Assembly: GCA_963738405.1 (NCBI GenBank)
Contig: CAVTWJ010000005.1
Span: 46,140 to 110,139, forward strand
Length of the DNA stretch: 64,000 nt
Source of the DNA: a candidate division FCPU426 bacterium
GTDB lineage: Bacteria; Oederibacteriota; Muellerivitia; Muellerivitales; Muellerivitaceae
Reading direction: 5' to 3'
Each line of letters starts with the position of its first letter. Position 1 is the stretch's first letter. The notes beneath the pieces were generated by a model, which saw only the letters and a list, made by a program, of their open reading frames with translations, was not told where the DNA came from and ran no database searches. The position numbers and the translations under genes are program-made. Below, piece by piece: positions 38,138 to 47,147 of the stretch.

Positions 38138-39732
38138 GGTTTTCGTCTTCCCGTAACCCAAACCAACCCGCTCATTTTCATCCAACGGGCTAAAAGGTAA
38201 TAAACCACCCCCCCGGCCAAAACCGGGAAGAGGAAATTCGTTACTCGAGGCCAGTACAATGGATTCTGAATGAGTAGTTCTCGAATCATCCATGCCACTA
38301 TCCCCATGATGGCCGTGGCGAAAATAATTTTGATGCTTTCACTCCAAAGAAAAGCCCAATGAAGAGTTACTTTTACTTTTTTCAAATGTGTCAAAAGCCA
38401 GATTAAATTAACCAAGGACCCAACTCCTGAAGCGAGTGCCAGCCCCCAAAAACGCATATGAGAATCAGCCACAAACAGAAAACCTGCTAAGTTCAAACCT
38501 GCGTTAGATCCCATAGCCCAGAGAGAAGACACCACAGGTATTTTCGAATTCCCTTTTGCGTAAAAAGCGGGAAGAAGAATCTTGACACCGGTGGAACCAA
38601 CCAACCCCAGGGCATAGATCGCAGTGGCCTCTGCAGATGCTTGGCTGGCTTCCGGGGTGAACCGCCCATGCTGAAAGGCGAGAAGACAGGCCTCCTGAGC
38701 GGTAATCCAAATTCCGACTGTGCAGGGCACCATCACGAACAATCCTGCCGAGAGAGCTTTAGAAAGCGTATCCGCAAATTCCTCTCCTTTTTTCGATTTT
38801 GATAGGCGTGATAAAAGAGGGAATACAACAGTGGCAATGGAAACCCCGAAAATTCCATAAGGAAGCTGAAATAGGCGGTTTCCGTAATAAAGATATGTCA
38901 CGTAACCCGTAGCAAGAAATGACGCAAAAAACTGGTTCACTAAAATGTTCACCTGCAAAACCGAAGAACTCACGACGGCCGGGCCCATCAATCGTAACAT
39001 CTCGGCAACGCCTTTATGGTTAGGAGGCCAACTCAACTTGAACCGAGCCCCCTCCCTATCTGCCGGAGGGATCTGAACCAACCATTGAAGGAGCATTCCA
39101 AGGGTCATTGAAAGGGTCCATAGCTGAACGTTGCGTATCTCCTCCATCGGAGTTTCCGCTTTAAAAACTTTCAGCAATAGAACACCCGCGATGATTTGAA
39201 TGAGGTTCATGAAAACCGGAGCAAAGGCGGGCCAGGTGAACTTGTGGAGAGAGTTAAGGGTGCCCATCCAAAGGGCCGCCATGGAAACAAAGGCCAAAAC
39301 AGGGAACAAAAACCGGGTCAATTGCACCGTGAGCGCGAACTTGTCCGGGGATTGGGTAAAGCCATGGGCAATCACCCAGACGATCTGGGGCGCAAAGAGG
39401 ATTCCTAGGGCTGAGAGTCCACCTGTAACTAATAAAAGTAGGGTGAAGACCTGCGAAGCTAGTTTCCAGGCATCCTTCCGGTTTCTCAGACGTGAAGTCA
39501 GCGCGGGGATAAAGGCGTTGGATAAGGCCCCCTCAGCGAACAGGTCGCGAAGAAGGCTGGGAATGCGGATGGCCATGAAGTAGGAGTCCGACATCCATCC
39601 CGCGCCGAAAAGGGCGGCGTTGAGCTGGTCGCGCATGAAACCCGTGATCCGGCTGATGGAGGTAGCGAAGGTCACCAGTCGGAAATGCCCGCCCAGTCCC
39701 GATTGGGCCGCCGAGCCCTTGGAATCACCCAT
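38134..39732 (-). CDS. murJ: Lipid II flippase MurJ
   Basis: SRITGFMRD, A.RIP..LR.LFAEGALS.AFIP, RL.QLP.G.FGV, FYA; divergent from rpsT. Confidence 0.95.
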   Translation of the reverse strand: MGDSKGSAAQSGLGGHFRLVTFATSISRITGFMRDQLNAALFGAGWMSDSYFMAIRIPSLLRDLFAEGALSNAFIPALTSRLRNRKDAWKLASQVFTLLLLVTGGLSALGILFAPQIVWVIAHGFTQSPDKFALTVQLTRFLFPVLAFVSMAALWMGTLNSLHKFTWPAFAPVFMNLIQIIAGVLLLKVFKAETPMEEIRNVQLWTLSMTLGMLLQWLVQIPPADREGARFKLSWPPNHKGVAEMLRLMGPAVVSSSVLQVNILVNQFFASFLATGYVTYLYYGNRLFQLPYGIFGVSIATVVFPLLSRLSKSKKGEEFADTLSKALSAGLFVMVPCTVGIWITAQEACLLAFQHGRFTPEASQASAEATAIYALGLVGSTGVKILLPAFYAKGNSKIPVVSSLWAMGSNAGLNLAGFLFVADSHMRFWGLALASGVGSLVNLIWLLTHLKKVKVTLHWAFLWSESIKIIFATAIMGIVAWMIRELLIQNPLYWPRVTNFLFPVLAGGVVYYLLARWMKMSGLVWVTGRRKP

Positions 39733-39734
39733 TG

Positions 39735-39763
39735 TTGACAGCCCCCCTGCCTTCTATTAATAT
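39735..39763 (+). promoter_or_regulatory. Sigma70 promoter for rpsT
   Basis: TTGACA (39735-39740), 17 bp, TAATAT (39758-39763). Confidence 0.7.
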
Positions 39764-39806
39764 GTGCCCTCGTTTTTCATTGCCTGTAAAAACCGTTGGA
39801 GGATCC

Positions 39807-40067
39807 ATGCCGCTTATTAAGTCCGCGATTAAAGATGTCCGCCGCACCGAACGCCGCACTATTCGCAATTCCGCCGAGAAAAACCGCATCCGCACCGCCA
39901 TGAAAGCCGTCCGCAACGCCAAGACCGCCGAAGAAGCCAAGAAGAACCTCGTGACCGCCATCAAGACCCTGGACAAGGCCTGGTCCCATGGGATTTACAA
40001 GCGCAATACCGCTTCCCGCCACGCCGCCCGTCTTTCGGCTTTCGTGGCCAAGAAGTTCAAAGCCTAA
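39807..40067 (+). CDS. rpsT: 30S ribosomal protein S20
   Basis: MPLIKSAIK..R...RR..RN...K...RT..K, LDKA...G....N.ASR...RL; GGAGG SD. Confidence 0.95.
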   Translation: MPLIKSAIKDVRRTERRTIRNSAEKNRIRTAMKAVRNAKTAEEAKKNLVTAIKTLDKAWSHGIYKRNTASRHAARLSAFVAKKFKA

Positions 40068-40091
40068 TCTCAACTCCCTTTTCGTTTCACT

Positions 40092-40125
40092 AAAAGGCGT
40101 TCGTTACCCAACGAACGCCTTTTTT
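40092..40125. terminator. Bidirectional intrinsic terminator between rpsT and holA
   Basis: AAAAGGCGTTCGTT-ACCC-AACGAACGCCTTTT perfect stem flanked by A and T runs. Confidence 0.85.
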
Positions 40126-41152
40126 ATTTTCGGTATACCCCTGCTTTCGACGGCGCAGTCCATTTCAATAGCCATGTTTCCAAAGCAACGGACACCGCAT
40201 CCTTGCCCAGCCGCCCGGTTACCATCCCCGCTTGAAGGTGAATTAAATCCCTCAGAGCCTCTTTTAATTCCGACGCCTTGTACTTGCCACTTTGATCCCA
40301 TAACACCTTAACCCGGTAGGGGTTCAAACCCATCTGGGAAGAGAGTGCCCCTTGGTCTAAGCCCTTGGCGCGTCCCATACACATCCCCAGTAATTCCCTG
40401 ACCCTTCCATAAAGCAAAGCCAAGGTTCCGGGGTCGGGGCCTCCCGGCATTTGGGAAAGCATCCGCAGAGCCTTTTCCCCCTGCCTTGAACCCACGGCGT
40501 CCAAAAAGGGAAAAACCTCGGCCTCAACCCCGGGAGCCGGCAGTTCTTTCACATCCTCCGTCGTGGCACTTTTTCGGGGATGGATCATCAGGGCCAGCTG
40601 TTCCAAGGCCCTTTTCAGATAGGCCAAGTCCGGGCCGATTTTTTGCACCAAAAGCTGGGAAGCGTCTTCTGGCAGTGCAAGCCCCAAAGTCTGAGCCTCG
40701 ACCTTGACCATGGCGGGGATTTTCCAATCGGGTATTTCGGAGCATTGCACTGCCCAACCTGACCGCTCGAAGGCATTGACGGCTTTGGCGTTTTTGCGCA
40801 ATCCTTCGGCGAGAAAGATCAAATAAGACGACCCATTCAAATTGGCGGCGTAATCCTTAAGCCGTTCCACTGCATCATCCGACCTTCCGCCCAGGAATTT
40901 TTCGGCCCGTTTGACAGTGAGAAGTTGGCTTTGGGAAAAAAGCGAGACCGTTTGAGCCGCGTTGAGCACATCGCCGATGGAATGTACCCCGCCCTCAAAA
41001 ATCTGATACTCGGCTTGGGGATTGGCCAGATCAAAGGCCTTTTTGTAGGCTTGAACCCCTTCGGAAATCACACCCTCGGCTTCGCCGAATAGCAAAACCA
41101 GGTTGGCCAGGGGGCCCTTTTTGAGCCGGGATTGGAAATCGTCAAAGTACAA
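40124..41152 (-). CDS. holA: DNA polymerase III delta subunit
   Basis: LLFGE, AQTVSLFS..L..VK, LEQL, VF...DA; leuS-lptE-holA-rpsT synteny. Confidence 0.88.
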   Translation of the reverse strand: MYFDDFQSRLKKGPLANLVLLFGEAEGVISEGVQAYKKAFDLANPQAEYQIFEGGVHSIGDVLNAAQTVSLFSQSQLLTVKRAEKFLGGRSDDAVERLKDYAANLNGSSYLIFLAEGLRKNAKAVNAFERSGWAVQCSEIPDWKIPAMVKVEAQTLGLALPEDASQLLVQKIGPDLAYLKRALEQLALMIHPRKSATTEDVKELPAPGVEAEVFPFLDAVGSRQGEKALRMLSQMPGGPDPGTLALLYGRVRELLGMCMGRAKGLDQGALSSQMGLNPYRVKVLWDQSGKYKASELKEALRDLIHLQAGMVTGRLGKDAVSVALETWLLKWTAPSKAGVYRK

Positions 41153-41170
41153 AGGTTGCCCCTATTTCGT

Positions 41171-41911
41171 TCATTCCAAACCCTGGGGTATTTGCTGAAT
41201 GGGCTGGGCGTTCAATCCCGGAATGGAAAAGGTGGAGGGGCCGGAAGGGGCCGGGGCGCTCTGGGCGGAAGGCGTTCCCATGGGAATAATTCCCTGAGGC
41301 GCTTTGGGCGCCTGTGCCTTCACGTAAAAGAAAGTGATGCCTACCAGCTGCCCATCCACAATCAAGTGAATGGTGTAGAGGCCCACATCCTTAGGCAAAC
41401 CCGTCTGGCCGAATTGCGCGTTCATGTCGTTCATGTCGGCGGTGGCAGTAACTAAATACCATTGGTAGGTTTGGTTTTCGATGGTCAGGAGGCGGTCAGT
41501 GAATCCCACCGTAAATTCCTGGTCGTGCTTTAAAATTTTGAACCCTAAGGGATTGTAGATTTCAACCGACACCGTGTGGATTCGGCTGGCGGGCTTCATG
41601 AGAAAGTAGGCGAAATAATTGATCTGCTGGTTTTTATCCAGGTAGAAGTAATTGACGCTGTCCGCTGGATATTCGTTGACGATCTTGGAGCAGGTGATCA
41701 TGTGGCTCACCACAACCTCCTGGTTGGGTGCGGGGGCGGCAGAAGGCCCAGCGCCGGGCGCGTCGGTGACTACGTTTCCCGTCTGGCTTTGAGGGGCGTT
41801 TTTGGGGATGCCCCCCGTGATCCATTGCAGGTCGGCCCAGGCGGTTGAGACCCAAACCAGTGCGCCGACCAGTGCTATACCCTTGAGGATATTTAAGTTT
41901 TTCATTTCCAT
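41171..41911 (-). CDS. Hypothetical exported protein (beta-rich core, Pro/Ala-rich linkers)
   Basis: Signal peptide ending AWA; 246-aa ORF in operon context; no family recognised. Confidence 0.6.
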   Translation of the reverse strand: MEMKNLNILKGIALVGALVWVSTAWADLQWITGGIPKNAPQSQTGNVVTDAPGAGPSAAPAPNQEVVVSHMITCSKIVNEYPADSVNYFYLDKNQQINYFAYFLMKPASRIHTVSVEIYNPLGFKILKHDQEFTVGFTDRLLTIENQTYQWYLVTATADMNDMNAQFGQTGLPKDVGLYTIHLIVDGQLVGITFFYVKAQAPKAPQGIIPMGTPSAQSAPAPSGPSTFSIPGLNAQPIQQIPQGLE

Positions 41912-41943
41912 TCCCTTTCGGCCCGGGTTTCACAATATCAACA

Positions 41944-42564
41944 TCAGTTCCCCTGCAAAACCCTTTCAACCACCCGCCGGGCCATATCCTGCTCCAATTG
42001 CTGGAGGGCCTGGTCCCGGGTTTGGGGGATGGCCCCCACATTGTAAGTCGTGTAGTAATAAACGCTGTCGGTCAGGCCTGTGACTTCCGTCAGGGTCTTG
42101 TTTTCCACGTGGTCCAGGGCCACGGCGTCGTAATCGAGTGAAATCAGGTACTGCAAAACCGCGTTGGTTTTGGGGTCCTGAACCTGCGGTGTTTCGCTGT
42201 ACTTTTTGATCGTCACCTTCACCACCATGTCCGAATGGTCCGGGTCCTCAATGCCGACCCGCCCATCCAGTTGAAATTGCTGGATCAGGTTTTGAGTGAG
42301 GGCCGTATCCAAACCGAACCAGCTGGTTCGGTTTTCAGTCGGCGCGACCCCGACGGTTTTAATATAGGACGGAATAATCATAATGGAGGGACGGCACCCC
42401 GACAAAATAAACCCTGTCACCACCAAGACACCAAGACACCAAGAAAGACAAAATGTTTTAGATCTATATCTTTTAAAACCGTTTAAACCTTTACGTTTTT
42501 TCTCAATAAATGTTTCCTTGGTGTCTTGGTGCCTTGGTGGTGGAATGGGCGTTGTCTTTTTCAT
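41944..42564 (-). CDS. lptE: LPS-assembly lipoprotein LptE-family protein with extended signal peptide
   Basis: Lipobox LSGC; P..IKTV.V...ENRT, LT..L...F..DGR, C-terminal helix; ATG overlaps the leuS stop (ATGA); position between leuS and holA. Confidence 0.8.
   Translation of the reverse strand: MKKTTPIPPPRHQDTKETFIEKKRKGLNGFKRYRSKTFCLSWCLGVLVVTGFILSGCRPSIMIIPSYIKTVGVAPTENRTSWFGLDTALTQNLIQQFQLDGRVGIEDPDHSDMVVKVTIKKYSETPQVQDPKTNAVLQYLISLDYDAVALDHVENKTLTEVTGLTDSVYYYTTYNVGAIPQTRDQALQQLEQDMARRVVERVLQGN
42418..42542. repeat. Palindromic element copy 2, inside the lptE coding sequence
   Basis: Left arm CACCACCAAGACACCAAGACACCAAG (42418-42443); right arm CTTGGTGTCTTGGTGCCTTGGTGGTG (42517-42542); 73-nt AT-rich spacer. 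Confidence 0.92.
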
Positions 42565-45065
42565 GCGGGCCTCACAATGAAATTCGCCAGCTTGTCCTGA
42601 ACCCAGATCAATTTTTGGACCTTTGATCCTTCGAGACATTTCAGCACCTTTTCATCCATTTCCAAAAGAACCTTCACCTTCGATTCGTCAATTCCCATCG
42701 GGACCGTCAAGCGGGAGCGCAATTTCCCGTTGATTTGAACCGCAATCTCCACCACGTCCGCCTTGAGCCAGGCGGGGTCGTGGGAGGGCCAACCCCCAGC
42801 GAAAAGTCCGCCTTCTTTGCCCAAGCCCTTCCACATTTCCTCGGCGATATGGGGGGTGAAAGGGCCCATCAGCCTCACCAAGGCTTCCAGCGCTTCCCGG
42901 ATTAAAGAAGTTTTAGCGTCTTCCTTGTCTTTATAGTCGGTCAGCAAGTTGAGCAGTTCCATCATAGCGCTGATGGCGGTATTAAACCGGAACCCCCCCA
43001 CCATGTCCTCGCTCACCTTGGCGATGGTTTGGTGGGTTTTGCGTTTCAGTTCCTTATCGGCGTCGGTCGACGCTTCCGGCTTACCGTTTGTCGCCGCGTC
43101 CAAACGTGATAGAAATTCCTGGTAAAGCTTCCAGACCCTATTCAAGAAACGGAAGCCACCTTCAACCGCCCGATCGTCCCATTCGACATCCCTTTCAGGG
43201 GGGCCGATAAAGAGGGTATAGAGGCGGAAGGTATCGGAGCCGTATTTGTTAATCAAGTCATCCGGCTGTACCGAGTTGCCCTTACTTTTGGACATCTTGA
43301 CCCCACCCTTGGTGATCATGCCCTGTGTAAAGAGACGGGCGAAGGGTTCGTCGAAATTAATAAAACCCTGGTCTTTTAGGACCTTGGTGATGAAACGGGA
43401 ATACAGAAGATGCAGGATGGCGTGTTCCACCCCGCCGATATATTGGTCCACGGGAAGCCATTGGTTAACGGTTTTCTTGTCGAAGGCCTGGCCGGAATCC
43501 TTGGCGGAGACATAGCGCATGTAATACCAACTGGAATCGACAAAGGTATCCATGGTGTCGGTTTCACGCCGGGCCATGCCCCCGCACTTGGGGCAGGTGG
43601 TATTGACGAATTCGGGAATGCTTTTTAAGGGGGATTCGCCGGTCGGTTTAAACTCCACCGCACGGGGCAGCTTCACCGGCAGGTCCTTGTCGGGAACCGG
43701 AATCCAGCCATCCTTCTCGCAATGGATCATCGGGATAGGAGCGCCCCAATAACGCTGGCGGGAAATCAGCCAGTCCCGAAGGCGGTAGGTGACCGCTTCT
43801 TTCCCCAGACCCTTTTCCTTGAGCCATTCGGACATTTTCTTTTTGGCTTGCGATACGGATAACCCATCCAAGAAACCGGAATTGATCAACTTGCCGTCGT
43901 CGGTATAGGGTTCGGCTTGCGGATCATAAACATGGCTTTCGGCCTTCCAAGCATGCTTGACCTCGTCGGTAGGGTCGATGACCTGGATGATATGGATGTT
44001 ATATTTCTTGGCGAATTCAAAGTCGCGGGTGTCGTGGGCCGGAACCGCCATGATGGCCCCCGTGCCGTAATTGGTCAGCACATAGTTGGCGATGAAGATG
44101 GGTATGGCCTTGCCGTTGACCGGGTTCGTGGCCTTCACGCCGATATCCATACCCAGTTTCTCGGCATTTTCGCCGATTCGGTCTGTGGAGCTTTGTTTTT
44201 TCACCTTCTCCACAAAGGCCTTTACTTCGCCTTCCTGGGGTTTGCCTTTCACGAGCGGCAGGACCAGGGGGTGTTCGGGTGCCAGCACCATATAGGTGGC
44301 TCCAAACAAGGTATCGGGACGAGTGGTGAAGACGGTGATGGTTTCGCCCGATCCTTCCACCTTGAAATCAACCTCGGCACCTTCGCTTTTGCCGATCCAG
44401 TTTTTCTGCATGGTCTTGACCCGGTCGGGCCAGTTTTCGAGCCGGTCGATATCTTTCAAAAGCCTTTCGGCGTAGGCGGTAATTTTAAAAAACCATTGTT
44501 CCAGGTCCTTTTGCTCCACTTCCGAATCGCAGCGCTCGCAATGGCCATCCGTCACCTGCTCGTTGGCCAAAACCGTCATGCAGGAGGGACACCAGTTCAC
44601 ATAGGCTTTCTTGCGGTAGGCCAGCCCCTTTTCGTAGAGGCGCAAGAAGATCCACTGGGTCCAGCGGTAGTAATCGGGAAGGCAGGAAACCACCTCTTTA
44701 TCCCAGTCGTAGCCCATGCCCCAGTCGTAGAACTGGCCCTTCATGCGCTCGATATTCTTGAGGGTCCAATCTTCGGGGTGGATTCCCTTTTGAATGGCGG
44801 CGTTTTCGGCCGGTAACCCGAAAGCGTCAAAACCCATGGGGTTCAGGACGTTATGGCCCTTGGCCCGGAAGTAGCGGAAAACCGCGTCCCCGATGATGTA
44901 GTTGCGTCCGTGGCCGGCGTGGAGAAAGTCCCCTGAAGGGTAAGGAAACATGACCAGGGTGTAATACTTGTTTTCAGGTTTGGACAGGTCGCAGGCAAAG
45001 ACTTTGGCGTCTTTCCAGTGGCGTTTCCAGCGTTGTTCGATTTCGGCGAAGTTATAGGCTTCCAT
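42561..45065 (-). CDS. leuS: Leucine--tRNA ligase
   Basis: MFPYPSG..HAGH, FTTRPDT editing domain, DW.ISRQRYWG.PIP, KMSKS. Confidence 0.98.
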   Translation of the reverse strand: MEAYNFAEIEQRWKRHWKDAKVFACDLSKPENKYYTLVMFPYPSGDFLHAGHGRNYIIGDAVFRYFRAKGHNVLNPMGFDAFGLPAENAAIQKGIHPEDWTLKNIERMKGQFYDWGMGYDWDKEVVSCLPDYYRWTQWIFLRLYEKGLAYRKKAYVNWCPSCMTVLANEQVTDGHCERCDSEVEQKDLEQWFFKITAYAERLLKDIDRLENWPDRVKTMQKNWIGKSEGAEVDFKVEGSGETITVFTTRPDTLFGATYMVLAPEHPLVLPLVKGKPQEGEVKAFVEKVKKQSSTDRIGENAEKLGMDIGVKATNPVNGKAIPIFIANYVLTNYGTGAIMAVPAHDTRDFEFAKKYNIHIIQVIDPTDEVKHAWKAESHVYDPQAEPYTDDGKLINSGFLDGLSVSQAKKKMSEWLKEKGLGKEAVTYRLRDWLISRQRYWGAPIPMIHCEKDGWIPVPDKDLPVKLPRAVEFKPTGESPLKSIPEFVNTTCPKCGGMARRETDTMDTFVDSSWYYMRYVSAKDSGQAFDKKTVNQWLPVDQYIGGVEHAILHLLYSRFITKVLKDQGFINFDEPFARLFTQGMITKGGVKMSKSKGNSVQPDDLINKYGSDTFRLYTLFIGPPERDVEWDDRAVEGGFRFLNRVWKLYQEFLSRLDAATNGKPEASTDADKELKRKTHQTIAKVSEDMVGGFRFNTAISAMMELLNLLTDYKDKEDAKTSLIREALEALVRLMGPFTPHIAEEMWKGLGKEGGLFAGGWPSHDPAWLKADVVEIAVQINGKLRSRLTVPMGIDESKVKVLLEMDEKVLKCLEGSKVQKLIWVQDKLANFIVRPA

Positions 45066-45100
45066 GGATTTCCTTGATTTTGTGTGGGAAAAGAGGGTTG

Positions 45101-45129
45101 ATTATAGCCAACCCCTTCCCGGCTGTCAG
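45101..45129 (-). promoter_or_regulatory. Promoter for leuS operon
   Basis: CTGACA (45129-45124), 17 bp, TATAAT (45106-45101). Confidence 0.65.
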
Positions 45130-45172
45130 TATTTGGAAAAAGCGAGGAATCAAAAAACGGAAGGCAAAAACC

Positions 45173-45862
45173 CTATTCCATCCCCAAGCGGTTGATATCC
45201 ACCGACTCAAGGATTGGCTTATCCACCAGTCCACGAGCCGCCTTCAACATGGTCCGGCCCAACCTTTCGGAGGTGGTGATAAATTGGGGAAAGATGGGAA
45301 GAAAGATCGTTAAAAGAGGACCAGCTACGGTGTAAAAAAGTTGGTACCACCCGGTTTTTGAACGGACGCCCTTAATGGGTTTGATTCCTCCTGGGCGGAC
45401 CATCACCGCCGGTTTGAATTTCATGGACAAAAGCTTGTTTTCGATGCGCCCCTTCACACGAGCCCACATCACAGGCCCCTTTTCCGTACTGTCGGTGGCT
45501 TGGCCCGATACATAGCAAAAGCTCATGCTGGGGTTTAATTTGAGAAGGGTTTGGGCCGCGGAAAGGGTCAGGTCGTAAGTGATTTTAGTGTAAGCCGCCT
45601 CATCCAGCCCCACCGAGGTAGCGCCGAGAGCGAAGAGACAGCTGTTGTAACCCCGCAGTTTGGCCTTCACCGGCTCGAAATTAAAAAAGTCTTTTACCAG
45701 CAATTCTTTTAATTTGGGATGGCTTCGCCCGCAGGATGTCCGCCCGACGGCCAAAACCCTTTCCACGCCCGGATCGTCCAGGCAGGTCCGAAGGACGCCA
45801 GAGCCGATCATTCCCGTTGCGCCAAAGAGCACAACTTTCAATTTTTTATTCGCGGATTTCAT
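45173..45862 (-). CDS. NAD(P)-binding Rossmann protein (atypical SDR/epimerase, CC3/TIP30-like)
   Basis: FGATGMIG, FCYVSG, WARVKG..EN, RPG.I. Confidence 0.8.
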   Translation of the reverse strand: MKSANKKLKVVLFGATGMIGSGVLRTCLDDPGVERVLAVGRTSCGRSHPKLKELLVKDFFNFEPVKAKLRGYNSCLFALGATSVGLDEAAYTKITYDLTLSAAQTLLKLNPSMSFCYVSGQATDSTEKGPVMWARVKGRIENKLLSMKFKPAVMVRPGGIKPIKGVRSKTGWYQLFYTVAGPLLTIFLPIFPQFITTSERLGRTMLKAARGLVDKPILESVDINRLGME

Positions 45863-45869
45863 TGAAGGC

Positions 45870-46607
45870 TCAATTCACGAGGTGCCTGCGGGAAAATGTC
45901 ACCGTCACCAAAAGGAAAAGGCTGTAGAGGGAGAAAAGTCCCAGGATGAGGGAGGACTGGTTTTTGGCCAGGGAAATCATGGCCGCCGAGATCCAGGGGG
46001 TGAAGATCAATTCATGGTGAACAAGATCCGTCCAGGCCCGGAAAGACTGGTAAAAATCCACCACGAACCAGGCGTGGATCAGAGGCACCATCCAGACCGC
46101 ATTTTTGGACCCGCCCAACAAGGATGTAGCGGCCAGAAAAAAAAGAAAACCGGACCCAACCCAATAAACCAGGGGCCAGGGTGCGGGAAGCTCTATTCCA
46201 ACAACCACCGCCCTGCCCAGAAAGGTCCATCCGCTTAAAAACATGAGGGAAAGGGTTAAATCCACCACGCCCCCAAAAACCAGAAAGGCGTTCAAAACCA
46301 GCTTGGGATGAAGCACTTGAATATCCGCCACCACATGGCTGGAGGAGGAAGTCATGTACCGGATCCCCAGGATAAATTCCCCTGCGGTGGGGATCAGGCG
46401 GTCCCGGCACCACAAAACCTCAGCGAACCACAGGAAAAGGGTGATGGACAACCAATAGGCCTGTCCATTGAAGGTAAAGCAGGCTACCCAGGCCAGAAAG
46501 GCCGAAAACAAAAGGTCCACGTAATAACCCGCCAGCTGACGGATCGACCCGGGGCGGGGGCTTTTTTTCTTGGGGTCGGTATGGGTGGTGGTCGTGGCGT
46601 CCGTCAT
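45870..46607 (-). CDS. Hypothetical membrane protein (RDD-like N-terminal half)
   Basis: Several TM helices; R.LA...VD...T.G..ILGIR pattern; ATG 46607 overlaps the upstream stop. Confidence 0.5.
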   Translation of the reverse strand: MTDATTTTHTDPKKKSPRPGSIRQLAGYYVDLLFSAFLAWVACFTFNGQAYWLSITLFLWFAEVLWCRDRLIPTAGEFILGIRYMTSSSSHVVADIQVLHPKLVLNAFLVFGGVVDLTLSLMFLSGWTFLGRAVVVGIELPAPWPLVYWVGSGFLFFLAATSLLGGSKNAVWMVPLIHAWFVVDFYQSFRAWTDLVHHELIFTPWISAAMISLAKNQSSLILGLFSLYSLFLLVTVTFSRRHLVN

Positions 46608-47080
46608 GATTGATTTAAACTCAAGAGCATGGCTACCTCGTCGCAATCCGTGAATTTGGCGCAATGGACGCAATCACCCCATATTTTCTGGGGGAGCGTC
46701 AATTTTTCAACCTTCTTAAAACCCAGCTTCTCGAAAAACTCGATCTGATAGGTCAGGGCAAAAATTCTTTGCAGCCTCATGTCTTTGGCGTCCGTCAGGC
46801 AAAAATCGACCAACCGGCGCCCCACCCCCTTGCCCTTCCAGTCTTCCCGAACGGCCAGGCTCCTGATTTCAGCCAAATCTTCCCCCACAGCATGAAGGGC
46901 TACCACGCCTGAGAGGGGTGCCCCCTCCCCCTCCTCTGCCACGGCAAAATCCCTGATTTTATCAATGACTTGGGCATAGGGTCTTGGCAGAAGGAGGCCT
47001 TGGGAAGAATAGGTGGCGATCAGGTTCAGAATGGCCCGAGTGTCGGACGGCCTGGCCTTGCGGAGAATGGGATGAGTCAT
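46604..47080 (-). CDS. GNAT acetyltransferase, short N-acetylglutamate synthase (ArgA-like)
   Basis: LLPR, LAEIRSLAV....G.G.G..LV, FALTY...FF, LP.KIW.DC..C.KF..CDE.A. Confidence 0.85.
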   Translation of the reverse strand: MTHPILRKARPSDTRAILNLIATYSSQGLLLPRPYAQVIDKIRDFAVAEEGEGAPLSGVVALHAVGEDLAEIRSLAVREDWKGKGVGRRLVDFCLTDAKDMRLQRIFALTYQIEFFEKLGFKKVEKLTLPQKIWGDCVHCAKFTDCDEVAMLLSLNQS

Positions 47081-47093
47081 GGGCCCCTATAAT

Positions 47094-47135
47094 AAAAAAA
47101 GCTGGCCTCCCAATCCAAGGGAAACCAGCTTTTTT
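47094..47135. terminator. Intrinsic terminator after the 47148-48032 gene
   Basis: AAAAAAAGCTGG...CCAGCTTTTTT stem with A/T tails. Confidence 0.7.
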
Positions 47136-47147
47136 AAAAGGTTTATC

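Noticed and set aside
38138..38293. Extended N-terminus of the 36338-38293 ORF
   Set aside because: It overlaps murJ by about 160 bp; GTG at 38137 gives ordinary stop/start coupling.
43917..44816. 299-aa plus-strand ORF and similar antisense ORFs (e.g. 20827-21420, 29792-30445, 56364-56981)
   Set aside because: They are shadow frames opposite well-supported genes, with no recognisable motifs.
45066..45172. T-box or other riboswitch before leuS (and a purine riboswitch before purN)
   Set aside because: The leuS leader is only about 30 nt from the predicted promoter; no T-box or purine aptamer motifs are seen.
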